Below are positions 18,324 to 27,232 of a stretch of 64,000 nucleotides of DNA, piece by piece. Every line of letters starts with the position of its first letter. The first letter of the stretch is position 1. Made by a program: the position numbers and the translations under genes. Where the stretch lies: IMG/VR virus record IMGVR_UViG_3300010224_000001, positions 32,001 to 96,000 of that record; one strand, 5' to 3'. Under the pieces are notes generated by a model that worked only from the letters and a program-made list of their open reading frames with translations, searched no databases and was not told the origin of the DNA. Source of the DNA: a virus.

Positions 18324-20771
18324 TTAGTAAGGTTCGTTGTTAATGCTGATACCTTTCTTGAAACCGAGTTCGTAACCTTGCCAGATACCGTACAGATAGG
18401 AACCAAATTGACGGTCGCTGATCTGACGGAAGCTAACCCCTGGATTAACAATTTGATGTTGCTTAACCAGTTCGGTACGTTTGGAGGCTGCGTAATTCTC
18501 AGCAGGCAAATCACCATGTTGATAAACGATGCAGATTTCTTCAAATCCCACAAACTTACCGTCGACAAAGCTGTCGAGATCGCCAAAAGTAAGAGTAACA
18601 ACTTCGTCGACAGGATTGGGATTAATAGAGAACATGTTACGAAGAACGTCTACCACAGCTGAGCTGGTTTGACGAGACAGGCTAAGGATGAGAATCTCTT
18701 TCTTACCGTTGTTCTTAGCCTGAACGATACCGAGCGGTTTGACTTTACGGATCAGACCAGCCGGGATACCTTCAATGACTTCATACGCGTCTTCATCGAA
18801 ACGATGTTCGTCAGGCGCATACTTCGGCATCGGGCTGACGGGACCACCGCCAAAACCACGACCAACGCCGCCTTCAGGCGACGGGAAATCGCGGCCTGCA
18901 CCTGCCGGATACAGCGATGCGCGAACACGTTCTTCATTTTCACGAGTGATCGTATCACGCGGACTGCGAAGATTCTCACGCATATTGGCGAAGTTACCGC
19001 CGAACGGTTGCGGCATAGCCTGGGAGAACAGCGGTGCTCCGCGGAAAGCTCGCGCAGGCGCAGGCGGAGCACCAAACGGAAAGCGCGGCGATTGGAACAT
19101 ACCAGCCGAACCCGGATCGTTGAAAGGTAGACCCATATCTGGACCTGGGAACAGCAAACCGCTTTTATCCAGCGGAGAATGGAAGCGATTAGGTAGAGGT
19201 CCATACACACCACCGTGACGCATGGTCATCTGGATTTGATTCAAGGCTGCTTTGATTTCATTTTGCGTCTGAGCAACGCCATGGAATCGTTCCCACACCG
19301 GTTTCAGAGCCGCTTCGATCTGCTGTTGCAGGCTCGGCGATTCAACTTCTTTGGTTTCTTGCTGTTCATTTTGATCTTGATTCATTTTGGCTTCCTGTTG
19401 AGTTGGATTGGTGTTATTAGGATTTTTAAGTACTTCGAGGCGCTGTTTCATACCACGGAAATCATTAACGATAAGACCCAAGGTCATATCGTAAGCGTTC
19501 GGATACTTAGGATCGCGTGCCATAACAGTTGTGTAGCTATAGCGACCGTCCGTATTGGCAGAAATATGGTCACGAAGATATCGACCAATTTCACTACTGA
19601 AGATATCTTTATCGCCCAGCAAGTATACTTCACAATCTTCGTTGTAGTACCTACCAAGTTGATTGACGTCGTAATTGGCAACTGCAACACCCAGTGCTGT
19701 ATGTTCAATAACGATGTCAACCTCTTTGTCGATCAGAACTTCAATAGGGCTGCTACTGTAGTTACTGTAATTCAGATCGAGCAAACGAAGAACATTGGTA
19801 GCTTCATGACCGTAGACGAAGATGATTTTACGTGCGATAGTGTTATCCGGCACAGATTCTTCCTCGACTTCTTTCTCAGGAGCAGGATGTTGTTTGACGA
19901 CTTTCTCAGCAACACGAAGAGCTTCTTTCAAAGCCGACATATGGGGTCCGTGCTGCGCGTGACCTGGCCCTGTGTAAACATGATTGACAATCAACAAATG
20001 TACAGAGTCCTGACGAGCTGTAGCCAGAAGTCGGATGTGGAAATTTTCGATCGTTTGGTTTGAGAAACACGTGTCGTCGACAAGCAATACGTACTCGTTA
20101 AACTTCGTATGGCGCTCCGAGATTTCTTTGAAAGCATTGTTGATATCTTCATCTGAGTGCTCCGGAATCAGATAGTAATCATCGCGATCATGCACGAATG
20201 CGAAGCCAGCATCAGGATTACTTGATTGATCGATCCGGGCGAGATTAAGCAAAAGATTGCTAGCCTGACCAATAGCGATGATCACCTTGCGAGGAATGTC
20301 ACGATCAACCTTGCCATCTTGACCATACTTCCATTCCGGATTATCGGGAACCTCAATCGCTGTTTGGTTACATTGTCGAATTACATTAGCCATGGAGTCA
20401 ACGATTTTAGCGCGCAGAGCATTGAGATCATCATGATGGGCAACGATAAACAACAAATAGCTTTTGCTAATGTAATTTTCTTCTTTCATGTGATGGTGAT
20501 TGATATCTGAGATCCATTTTTCGTAATTAACGTAGTCGTTAGGACCTTGTTTATTAACTACGTAAACAATCAAGGCATCTTCACCACCAAATTTGCCAAC
20601 CTCTTCCAAGAAAGACTCTTCCGAAGGTGCACTAATTTGACCCAGCCGAACCATAATCGGAAATTCAACATCGTCGAAGTGAAACGTTTTATGAGGAGGA
20701 ACTGTTTTAAGCACAGCTGCTGCCGCAACATCGCCAATGCCTACAAACAGAACTTTGTTGATCTTGCTCAT
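18324..20771 (-). CDS. Multidomain protein with repeated degenerate tubulin/Rossmann-like domains and a P/G/F-rich linker
   Basis: 815-aa ORF with SD AAGGA; repeated starts KVLFVGIG, KVIIAIGQASN, KIIFVYGHEATN. The domain call is inference. Confidence 0.75.
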   Translation of the reverse strand: MSKINKVLFVGIGDVAAAAVLKTVPPHKTFHFDDVEFPIMVRLGQISAPSEESFLEEVGKFGGEDALIVYVVNKQGPNDYVNYEKWISDINHHHMKEENYISKSYLLFIVAHHDDLNALRAKIVDSMANVIRQCNQTAIEVPDNPEWKYGQDGKVDRDIPRKVIIAIGQASNLLLNLARIDQSSNPDAGFAFVHDRDDYYLIPEHSDEDINNAFKEISERHTKFNEYVLLVDDTCFSNQTIENFHIRLLATARQDSVHLLIVNHVYTGPGHAQHGPHMSALKEALRVAEKVVKQHPAPEKEVEEESVPDNTIARKIIFVYGHEATNVLRLLDLNYSNYSSSPIEVLIDKEVDIVIEHTALGVAVANYDVNQLGRYYNEDCEVYLLGDKDIFSSEIGRYLRDHISANTDGRYSYTTVMARDPKYPNAYDMTLGLIVNDFRGMKQRLEVLKNPNNTNPTQQEAKMNQDQNEQQETKEVESPSLQQQIEAALKPVWERFHGVAQTQNEIKAALNQIQMTMRHGGVYGPLPNRFHSPLDKSGLLFPGPDMGLPFNDPGSAGMFQSPRFPFGAPPAPARAFRGAPLFSQAMPQPFGGNFANMRENLRSPRDTITRENEERVRASLYPAGAGRDFPSPEGGVGRGFGGGPVSPMPKYAPDEHRFDEDAYEVIEGIPAGLIRKVKPLGIVQAKNNGKKEILILSLSRQTSSAVVDVLRNMFSINPNPVDEVVTLTFGDLDSFVDGKFVGFEEICIVYQHGDLPAENYAASKRTELVKQHQIVNPGVSFRQISDRQFGSYLYGIWQGYELGFKKGISINNEPY

Positions 20772-20848
20772 GATAAATCCTTTCTAATTGATTTTTAGAT
20801 GTGCGATGTGAGTGAAATGCTATGACTTACTGTCCGCATCTCAGGATA

Positions 20849-20869
20849 ATGATATATACCTTTAAAAAT
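20849..20869 (-). promoter_or_regulatory. Putative early promoter
   Basis: Minus strand TTTTTAAAGGTATATATCAT upstream of the 815-aa gene. Confidence 0.55.
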
Positions 20870-20881
20870 CTAGGAGTAGGT

Positions 20882-21691
20882 ATGAATCCGATTACAAAAG
20901 CGCTAGACGAAGTGACCATGCGCATTCCAAAGCAGATTTTGGAAAAGGTCTTTATTGAACCTTCTCAGGGCTGGCGTAACGTACCTGCCAACAATGTGAA
21001 GGAATTGATTAAACAAAAAGTGATCCATCCACGTGTTCTGGTGGATTGCAATTTAGTAGGTGGTGCAGAAATCAAAGTACCGCTCGATGATGTTCCATTT
21101 GAAGTCACTGAGAATGATTACACGCACATCTACCGTATTCCTAAATCGAAAACCAATGGTCGTTCGATTGTCAGTGTGTTAGACGTGTCGTACGGTACGA
21201 TGTATCAAACGTTAGCCTTTAATGGTAACGGTAATAATCGTGGTGGTGCAGCACTGCAATTAGGTGCAGCGGTAATGGAAGCACAAGTGCGTCCTGCTCA
21301 CGTCAATACTGCTCGTGTGACATTAGTTGGTGAAAACACTGTAATGGTGCAAGACAGTGTTATGATTACGACTAACTTATATTTACGTTGTGTGATTGAA
21401 CACGACGAATACATGTCGCACTTAAAGCCACGTAGTTATCGTCAGTTTGCTGAACTTGTTCGCTTAGCTGTACAAGCTTACATCTACAATCAGTACAGCA
21501 TCATGATGGACATGGCTGAACTGCAAGGCGGTATGCAGTTAAATAGCTTTAAAACCACCGTTGATAAGTACGAGAATTCTGAAGATGAATATCAAACGTA
21601 CTTAACTGAGAAATGGCAAAAGATCGACTTCATGAACGATGATGAAAAGATGAAGCGATTTGTTGGTCTGTTGGTTGGTGGTGCTCGTTAA
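20882..21691 (+). CDS. Conserved phiKZ-like protein (possibly gp34-like, likely structural)
   Basis: Start MNPITKAL with SD AGGAG; motifs RVLVDCNLVGG and YRIPK. Confidence 0.7.
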   Translation: MNPITKALDEVTMRIPKQILEKVFIEPSQGWRNVPANNVKELIKQKVIHPRVLVDCNLVGGAEIKVPLDDVPFEVTENDYTHIYRIPKSKTNGRSIVSVLDVSYGTMYQTLAFNGNGNNRGGAALQLGAAVMEAQVRPAHVNTARVTLVGENTVMVQDSVMITTNLYLRCVIEHDEYMSHLKPRSYRQFAELVRLAVQAYIYNQYSIMMDMAELQGGMQLNSFKTTVDKYENSEDEYQTYLTEKWQKIDFMNDDEKMKRFVGLLVGGAR

Positions 21692-21715
21692 GCAAAAAAA
21701 AAGAAGAGATGTCAT

Positions 21716-21748
21716 AGAGACGTATACCCCAGAAGGGTATACGTCTCT
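21716..21748. terminator. Hairpin terminator between convergent genes
   Basis: 14-bp stem AGAGACGTATACCC/GGGTATACGTCTCT flanked by TATG on both strands. Confidence 0.8.
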
Positions 21749-21758
21749 TATGGCGTTA

Positions 21759-22469
21759 TTACGCTTCTTGTGTTTGCGCGTTTTCGATTGCGTTGCGAGC
21801 TGATTGACGACGGCGATTGTGATTCGACTTCATGTTAGCTTGCGAGCGTTTCGGATGATCTTGCTTGGGATCTTTCGATTCCGGTTTCAGCAGTGGGATA
21901 CCGTCACCCACTTCGAAGCTCGTGCTCTTGTCGAGTTCGGCTTGTTGCTGGATCTGCTCGTGGAAATGGGTAGTGAGCAGCCAGAACTTGACGAACTTTT
22001 CCAGCACTTTGCCACGGTAACCGTCTTTGATCTTCCAGCCTTCGATTTCACCCATCATGAGCGGATTCAGAACAGCGAAGCGATTAGCTGCAGCCCAGAA
22101 GTTATCCGAAGCCACAACAACACACTGGTCGATGTTCGAGAACGGCGAGAACGGTACACCTGTTTTCAATTCCACCGGATACGACAGTGCGACCACGCCG
22201 TATGGAGTGCCTTGAGCGATCACTGGACGCTGAGCTGGATTGCCCTTGGAGGTCGAACCCCAGTTGATCGAGAAGGCGAACGTTTCACCTGGATTCATCA
22301 TCAGACGATGTTCTGGATTGAAAACAATGCCAGAAAGATCGTTGGTGTTGGAGCGATTGGTCCAACCAGGACGTGCCGTAATCCGACGTTCGATCGAACG
22401 GAAGATCTGGCTGAAGACACGATGGTGGCTCATGTCGGTGATATCTTTAATACGACCCATGCGTTGCAT
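21759..22469 (-). CDS. Hypothetical protein with basic C-terminal tail
   Basis: 236 aa with SD AGGAG. Confidence 0.75.
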   Translation of the reverse strand: MQRMGRIKDITDMSHHRVFSQIFRSIERRITARPGWTNRSNTNDLSGIVFNPEHRLMMNPGETFAFSINWGSTSKGNPAQRPVIAQGTPYGVVALSYPVELKTGVPFSPFSNIDQCVVVASDNFWAAANRFAVLNPLMMGEIEGWKIKDGYRGKVLEKFVKFWLLTTHFHEQIQQQAELDKSTSFEVGDGIPLLKPESKDPKQDHPKRSQANMKSNHNRRRQSARNAIENAQTQEA

Positions 22470-22509
22470 TTGGACTCTCCTTTATTTTCTATTAACGACT
22501 TTGTTTGAA

Positions 22510-22782
22510 TTAGTTCGGTTTGAGTTTGTAGTACTTGTTGAGATCAGGACCTTTGATAGGTTCGACGTATTTCCAGCCGCTGGTATCAACATTGCGACCC
22601 GTGGCGATGTCACCGCTCTTACACCATTTCTTGGCATCTGGCTGCCATTGCAGGACGATGAATCCTTGCGAGCGACCATCGTAATCAATTTCATCGAGCC
22701 AGTGGTGTCCGGCTTCTGTGATGAGAATACCAGGCGGGACAGGTTCCGGCTTCGGTTTCAGAAAGTCAGGAACTTTTGTCAT
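22510..22782 (-). CDS. Hypothetical Trp-rich protein
   Basis: 90 aa; TAATG coupling to the upstream gene. Confidence 0.7.
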   Translation of the reverse strand: MTKVPDFLKPKPEPVPPGILITEAGHHWLDEIDYDGRSQGFIVLQWQPDAKKWCKSGDIATGRNVDTSGWKYVEPIKGPDLNKYYKLKPN

Positions 22783-22982
22783 TATCCGCCTCCCATAACT
22801 TCGAGTTCGATCAGGCCTTCCCAGCGCACTACTTCGCTCTCGAAGTCTTGTTTCGAATTATAGATAACGATAAAGTGATCTCCGCGTTCATCCACATCGT
22901 AATGGTCGACCTGCGCTTCTACAATCACTTTATTCCAGACGTCTTCCGACATCGGAAACTTAACTTCAACATCACGAGCCAT
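22782..22982 (-). CDS. Hypothetical acidic protein
   Basis: 66 aa with SD AGGAG. Confidence 0.7.
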   Translation of the reverse strand: MARDVEVKFPMSEDVWNKVIVEAQVDHYDVDERGDHFIVIYNSKQDFESEVVRWEGLIELEVMGGG

Positions 22983-23042
22983 TTTGTTATTCTCCTATGC
23001 TAGTTACTAGCGCATAACCTATTACACGCTAGTATTTTTAGA

Positions 23043-23729
23043 TTAAAGCAGAAAGCTGATGTTGTAGCTTTCGCCAGCAATTTGTGGATTGCCGAACAAG
23101 AAGTTCAGATCATCCATACAACGAATTTCTTTGGTATTGAATTTGCCAAAGGTGGGGAAACGATGAGATGCGTCTTCAGCTGCTACTGCAACCATTTGTT
23201 CCAACGCCTGACTATCGTAGTACACCTTCAGCGGTGCATCTGGATCGAGAATCTCACCATCTTGATTAAGAGTACAGGTGATGTAAACATTCCCGTATTC
23301 AGTCGCAATAGCAGCATACTGAATGACTTGATCCAGAGCGATATTGGATACCCACAGATACGCGACGATGTTCCCGGCGTATAACGCAGCAGCTTGGAAT
23401 TCATCATAACGCATTCTGCGAATATGTGGCCGGTGTAACACCTCGTACATAAAAACCTCCCCCAACCGTGGTGGTGGCGGGGGAGTGTACAAAGGTGGTA
23501 ACACAGCCATTTGTTCTTCGTAAACTTCTGGCGTTACGATTGAACTGAAATTATCGATCGGTTTACGATGTTCTTTCACCGGTTCGATCTTAACTTCGAT
23601 AACTTCAGGTACAATTGGTTCCGCCAGTTCTTCAATTACTTTTTCCTGCACTACTTCACTGATTGGTTCCTCAAAGCTGAGGTCATCAGGATATAGCATA
23701 CCCGAAAGTACAAAGGCAGCAAGTAACAT
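23043..23729 (-). CDS. Hypothetical protein with short hydrophobic N-terminus
   Basis: 228 aa with SD AAGGA; contains a poly-Pro stretch. Confidence 0.7.
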   Translation of the reverse strand: MLLAAFVLSGMLYPDDLSFEEPISEVVQEKVIEELAEPIVPEVIEVKIEPVKEHRKPIDNFSSIVTPEVYEEQMAVLPPLYTPPPPPRLGEVFMYEVLHRPHIRRMRYDEFQAAALYAGNIVAYLWVSNIALDQVIQYAAIATEYGNVYITCTLNQDGEILDPDAPLKVYYDSQALEQMVAVAAEDASHRFPTFGKFNTKEIRCMDDLNFLFGNPQIAGESYNISFLL

Positions 23730-23821
23730 GATAATATCCTTCCCTCTAGCGACATGCGTAATAACGCGTTATAATTGGTTGTTCGAAAAAACATCATTAC
23801 CAATGTCGCCATCCCTAATAC

Positions 23822-24067
23822 TCACTTGGGTAAAGCAATGTTGGCATCGTTGGCAATTACAATCATTTCTGCAATTGCTTGATTGACATCTTCGATACAT
23901 TTTGCATCGATTGATTTTTGTAACAGAATACTTACTGCGAGGAGCGTTTCAATCTGTTTAGTTTCGTTGAAGATGGCGACGCTAATCTTTACAGCTTTAC
24001 GTTGCTCTTGAACTAAATCAAAATGCAAGCGTAGCTGGTGGTATCTGCGCTGATCTTTCATGAACAT
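23822..24067 (-). CDS. Hypothetical protein
   Basis: 81 aa, in operon orientation. Confidence 0.55.
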   Translation of the reverse strand: MFMKDQRRYHQLRLHFDLVQEQRKAVKISVAIFNETKQIETLLAVSILLQKSIDAKCIEDVNQAIAEMIVIANDANIALPK

Positions 24068-24075
24068 CCCGTATG

Positions 24076-24390
24076 TTAACTCGGCAACCCTTTAAAGAGA
24101 AACCGATAATTCGTTTTACCTTTGCAAAAGCAAAGCAACAGACGACCTAGGAAGGACTGGACTAGAAGCTTATATAGTTTTTGTACAACATTGTCCAACG
24201 GCATGATTCCTTTCGTAAGAACGATATTTTTGATGAAGGTATACAAGCCAACAATTCTCAGACAGAATTTGTCCAGGAATTCGTCGAGATTGTTCAAGAT
24301 ACTGATTCTCTCGGCTTCTACTTTGGCTTGCGTCCAGCTGATGGGTTTGCCAGTCAGCCTTGCTTTCAAATAAAAATAAATGGCTTTCAT
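24076..24390 (-). CDS. Hypothetical basic/hydrophobic protein
   Basis: 104 aa, in operon orientation. Confidence 0.6.
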   Translation of the reverse strand: MKAIYFYLKARLTGKPISWTQAKVEAERISILNNLDEFLDKFCLRIVGLYTFIKNIVLTKGIMPLDNVVQKLYKLLVQSFLGRLLLCFCKGKTNYRFLFKGLPS

Positions 24391-24423
24391 TTTGCTCTAA
24401 AAAATAATTACAAAAAGACAACT

Positions 24424-24451
24424 AGAAGAACGGGGCGTCCCCCGCTCTTCT
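24424..24451 (-). terminator. Terminator-like hairpin ending the membrane-gene cluster
   Basis: AGAAGAGCGGGG/CCCCGTTCTTCT stem with a G-U pair on the minus strand. Confidence 0.6.
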
Positions 24452-24460
24452 GAGTCACAC

Positions 24461-24568
24461 TTACATCAACGTGCCGTTGTATACGTTAACGGCAACGAAG
24501 ATGCCGATAGCAAGCAGTAGTCCGACTAATGCCTGCATACCAGTAGCATGGTAACGTGGCGTCGACAT
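24461..24568 (-). CDS. 35-aa single-TM peptide
   Basis: MSTPRYHATGMQALVGLLLAIGIFVAVNVYNGTLM; starts 1 nt after the upstream stop. Confidence 0.5.
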   Translation of the reverse strand: MSTPRYHATGMQALVGLLLAIGIFVAVNVYNGTLM

Positions 24569-24569
24569 G

Positions 24570-25280
24570 TTAAGCCGCAGCCGGGGTGGCAACCATTTCG
24601 ACGTTGTACGGCGTGATGGTTTTCTTGGTGAACAGGTTACCCACCGCATTAGCTGCTTTCACAGCCAGGTCCTTGGATGCGATTGCGCCACGCACCAGCA
24701 GGTCTTTGGCGCCGACAGCACCACGGATTGCCAGGTCGCCGACTTTCTGGAAGATGGTCGGAGCAGTGGTTTGGTTGGTCTCGATCGTGGCTTCGGTGAC
24801 GGTGACGTCAGCCGGGATTTCGACCGTGACATTGGTGGCAGTGGTTTCGGTCAGACCGTGAACCATGTTGGCATTGCGGCCGCGGGTCAGGACCAGAGCA
24901 GCGACAGCAGCGACGATGGCGGCCAGAGTCAGGCCGACGACGACCTTGTGTTCGACGACGTACACCTTGGTGACGGTGAACTTGTTGACGACGAACGCTT
25001 TGGCGCGCTTCCAGAACGATTCTTTCTGTTCGTTGTTGAGCTGCTGTTCCGCACCCTTGGCGTCGCCGTCGAAGACCAGGCCGAGTTCAGCCGTCATTTC
25101 CTTCATCTCGGAAACCAGCTCGGCCTTCTTGGCTTCGTCGGTTTCGGCTTCGATCTTGACATGCAGCGCCAGGATGGCTTCGCGCACGGCTTTGAGGGAG
25201 GCTTTGATGTTTTGTTTCACGGCTTGATCCTTGGCGTTGTCTTCAGCTTTGGCGTTGTTTTGGTTTGCGTTGTTGTTCAT
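24570..25280 (-). CDS. Membrane-anchored coiled-coil protein
   Basis: Start MNNNANQ; TM segment VVVGLTLAAIVAAVAALVL; strong codon bias. Confidence 0.8.
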   Translation of the reverse strand: MNNNANQNNAKAEDNAKDQAVKQNIKASLKAVREAILALHVKIEAETDEAKKAELVSEMKEMTAELGLVFDGDAKGAEQQLNNEQKESFWKRAKAFVVNKFTVTKVYVVEHKVVVGLTLAAIVAAVAALVLTRGRNANMVHGLTETTATNVTVEIPADVTVTEATIETNQTTAPTIFQKVGDLAIRGAVGAKDLLVRGAIASKDLAVKAANAVGNLFTKKTITPYNVEMVATPAAA

Positions 25281-25338
25281 GATGTTCTTTCTGATTTTAA
25301 AAGATTGGAGATTGGTTGATTGGTTGGAGCTTTTCGAT

Positions 25339-25749
25339 TTACGCGGTTGCCGCGTCGGACGGTGCCGGGACATCTTTCAGCTCCTTGTTGTTGAACTTCT
25401 CGTAGACCGTGATGACGGCGGCCAGGATCAGACCAGCGATCAGGACGAACAGCGTGGCTTTGAACATGACCTTGGCCAGCTGCCAGCCGATGTACAGCGC
25501 GACGATGCCGCAGGCCAGGTTGATCAGTTGCACCAGGGCGTACTTGACCGGAGTTTTCGGGTCAGCCACGCTGATGTCATTGCCGTCGGCGCCGACGAGT
25601 TCGACTTCCGGCTGCTCTTTCTTCAGAGTGACTTCGGCGTTCATCGCGGCGGCTTCAGCCTGGGCTTCTTTCCAACCCATCGGTTTCAGTTCGATCAGTT
25701 TGCCGACCATGACAGCGACGGTATCGATGATGTTTTTCAGTTGGTTCAT
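25339..25749 (-). CDS. Two-TM membrane protein
   Basis: Start MNQLKNII with SD AAGGA; two hydrophobic helices. Confidence 0.8.
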   Translation of the reverse strand: MNQLKNIIDTVAVMVGKLIELKPMGWKEAQAEAAAMNAEVTLKKEQPEVELVGADGNDISVADPKTPVKYALVQLINLACGIVALYIGWQLAKVMFKATLFVLIAGLILAAVITVYEKFNNKELKDVPAPSDAATA

Positions 25750-25783
25750 GATGTTTCCTTTCAGATTAAATAAACTACGGGAA

Positions 25784-26119
25784 TTATGCCAGCGAGAAAT
25801 TCTCTGCTTGGCTTTGTGGCTGTTGTTCAGCCATGTTCTTGAAGATTGTTGCCGCATCAAGGAAAATCGATCCAATGATGCTAACAACATCCAGTACTAC
25901 CAGTGAACGGAAGATGCTGAGCATGATTGCATAATCCGGCAAGAAGAATGTGAACAGAATCCACGCCGCATACGTCACTAACCGACCAGCGGTGGTACGG
26001 TCAAGTTGATCGTTCTTACCAGCTTCTGCATTCTTAGCACAGCGCTTAATAAGACCCCAAGTATTGCGATAGCTCGCAATACCCAGACTCTTTACCAAAT
26101 ACCACAGCTCTTTAAACAT
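25784..26119 (-). CDS. Small membrane protein
   Basis: 111 aa with hydrophobic segments. Confidence 0.7.
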   Translation of the reverse strand: MFKELWYLVKSLGIASYRNTWGLIKRCAKNAEAGKNDQLDRTTAGRLVTYAAWILFTFFLPDYAIMLSIFRSLVVLDVVSIIGSIFLDAATIFKNMAEQQPQSQAENFSLA

Positions 26120-26121
26120 GG

Positions 26122-26427
26122 TTATTCCGGAAACGCAGCAGTGAAGCGCGAACCGCCCAGGAACTTCTCACCGTTTTCCAGAACACTGAACAGAACGCTC
26201 GAGAAGAACAGACCGAAGGCGAAGGTGTACAGCGCTTTGGTCAGCAGCAGCGGCGCGAAGTAAACCATCAGCAGCAGAACCACCGGAACCATGAAGTGGA
26301 TGGCGCGTTCGACTTGAGCAACCGAAGCTTTCTCGGTAACTTTGCTGTGCATGAAGCCCGCGACACGCGTCACAGCGTGATCGTAAATCAGGTTGATGGC
26401 TTTCAGCAGCGAGATGATGAATTTCAT
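26122..26427 (-). CDS. Two-TM membrane protein
   Basis: 101 aa with SD AGGAG. Confidence 0.8.
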   Translation of the reverse strand: MKFIISLLKAINLIYDHAVTRVAGFMHSKVTEKASVAQVERAIHFMVPVVLLLMVYFAPLLLTKALYTFAFGLFFSSVLFSVLENGEKFLGGSRFTAAFPE

Positions 26428-26482
26428 GACAATACTCCTTAAAGATTATTGATATTAAAAACTACGGAAGGTACAGCAGGTG

Positions 26483-26824
26483 TTACACGTTGACGGGTTT
26501 CGTGGTGTCGAAGTAGGAACCAAACGTCTTCGATTCCACACCTTTCAATGCCATGAAAACTTCCGCAACAGTGGTGATGATACGGATTGCCAGCGACAGC
26601 TTGAGCCAGAACACCGAGATGGCGACCAGGTATTGCGGGACGGTAGCGATCAGCGACATCACGAAGATGACGCGGATCATGATGCCGAAAGTGGTGGTGT
26701 AGTAGTTCAGGTTTTCTTCGGTAGCCATGTCGATCATCGGACCGACGAGGAAATCGACGACGTTGTCGAGGATGATCATCAGGATTTTGAAGATGGCTTG
26801 GGTGATGTTTTTAATAGCGTTCAT
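26483..26824 (-). CDS. Small membrane protein
   Basis: 113 aa with SD GGAG; largely hydrophobic. Confidence 0.8.
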   Translation of the reverse strand: MNAIKNITQAIFKILMIILDNVVDFLVGPMIDMATEENLNYYTTTFGIMIRVIFVMSLIATVPQYLVAISVFWLKLSLAIRIITTVAEVFMALKGVESKTFGSYFDTTKPVNV

Positions 26825-26848
26825 GATAAGCTCCGGTAAATGTTTAAG

Positions 26849-27124
26849 TTAAGCGATCAGGGCACGAGCATCGTCGTAGTCCCAGATGAACCAGCAGGTA
26901 ATCGAGAAGATGACAAATGCGAACGGTGCACCGACTTGAGCGCACAGATAAAAGAAGCCAGCGGTGAACAGCGACATTACTATCCAAGAAGCCGTACCGA
27001 TGAAACCGGTTTTAGCTTCGCAGATGTTACTGAACGAGCCACGAATGATCATGGCAATTGCCAGCAAGGGCGTCTTGATGAGAAAGACGATAACCTTGAT
27101 GATGAGAGCTTTAAATTGTGCCAC
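26849..27124 (-). CDS. Small membrane protein
   Basis: 91 aa, GTG start with SD AGGAG; three hydrophobic stretches. Confidence 0.75.
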   Translation of the reverse strand: MAQFKALIIKVIVFLIKTPLLAIAMIIRGSFSNICEAKTGFIGTASWIVMSLFTAGFFYLCAQVGAPFAFVIFSITCWFIWDYDDARALIA

Positions 27125-27191
27125 GATATTCTCCTTAAAAAGTTTCAGTTAAAGTAGCGAATTTAATTCATCTCTACTTCTCTTCATGCTA

Positions 27192-27226
27192 GTTATATAT
27201 ACCCGAAACTTTTTAGCTCCACATTT
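27192..27226 (-). promoter_or_regulatory. Putative early promoter
   Basis: Minus strand AATGTGGAGCTAAAAAGTTTCGGGTATATATAAC. Confidence 0.65.
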
Positions 27227-27232
27227 TCTTTG

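Noticed and set aside
24461-27124. Holin/spanin lysis cassette interpretation of the membrane cluster
   Set aside because: No endolysin or lipoprotein signal nearby, and the promoter is early-type.
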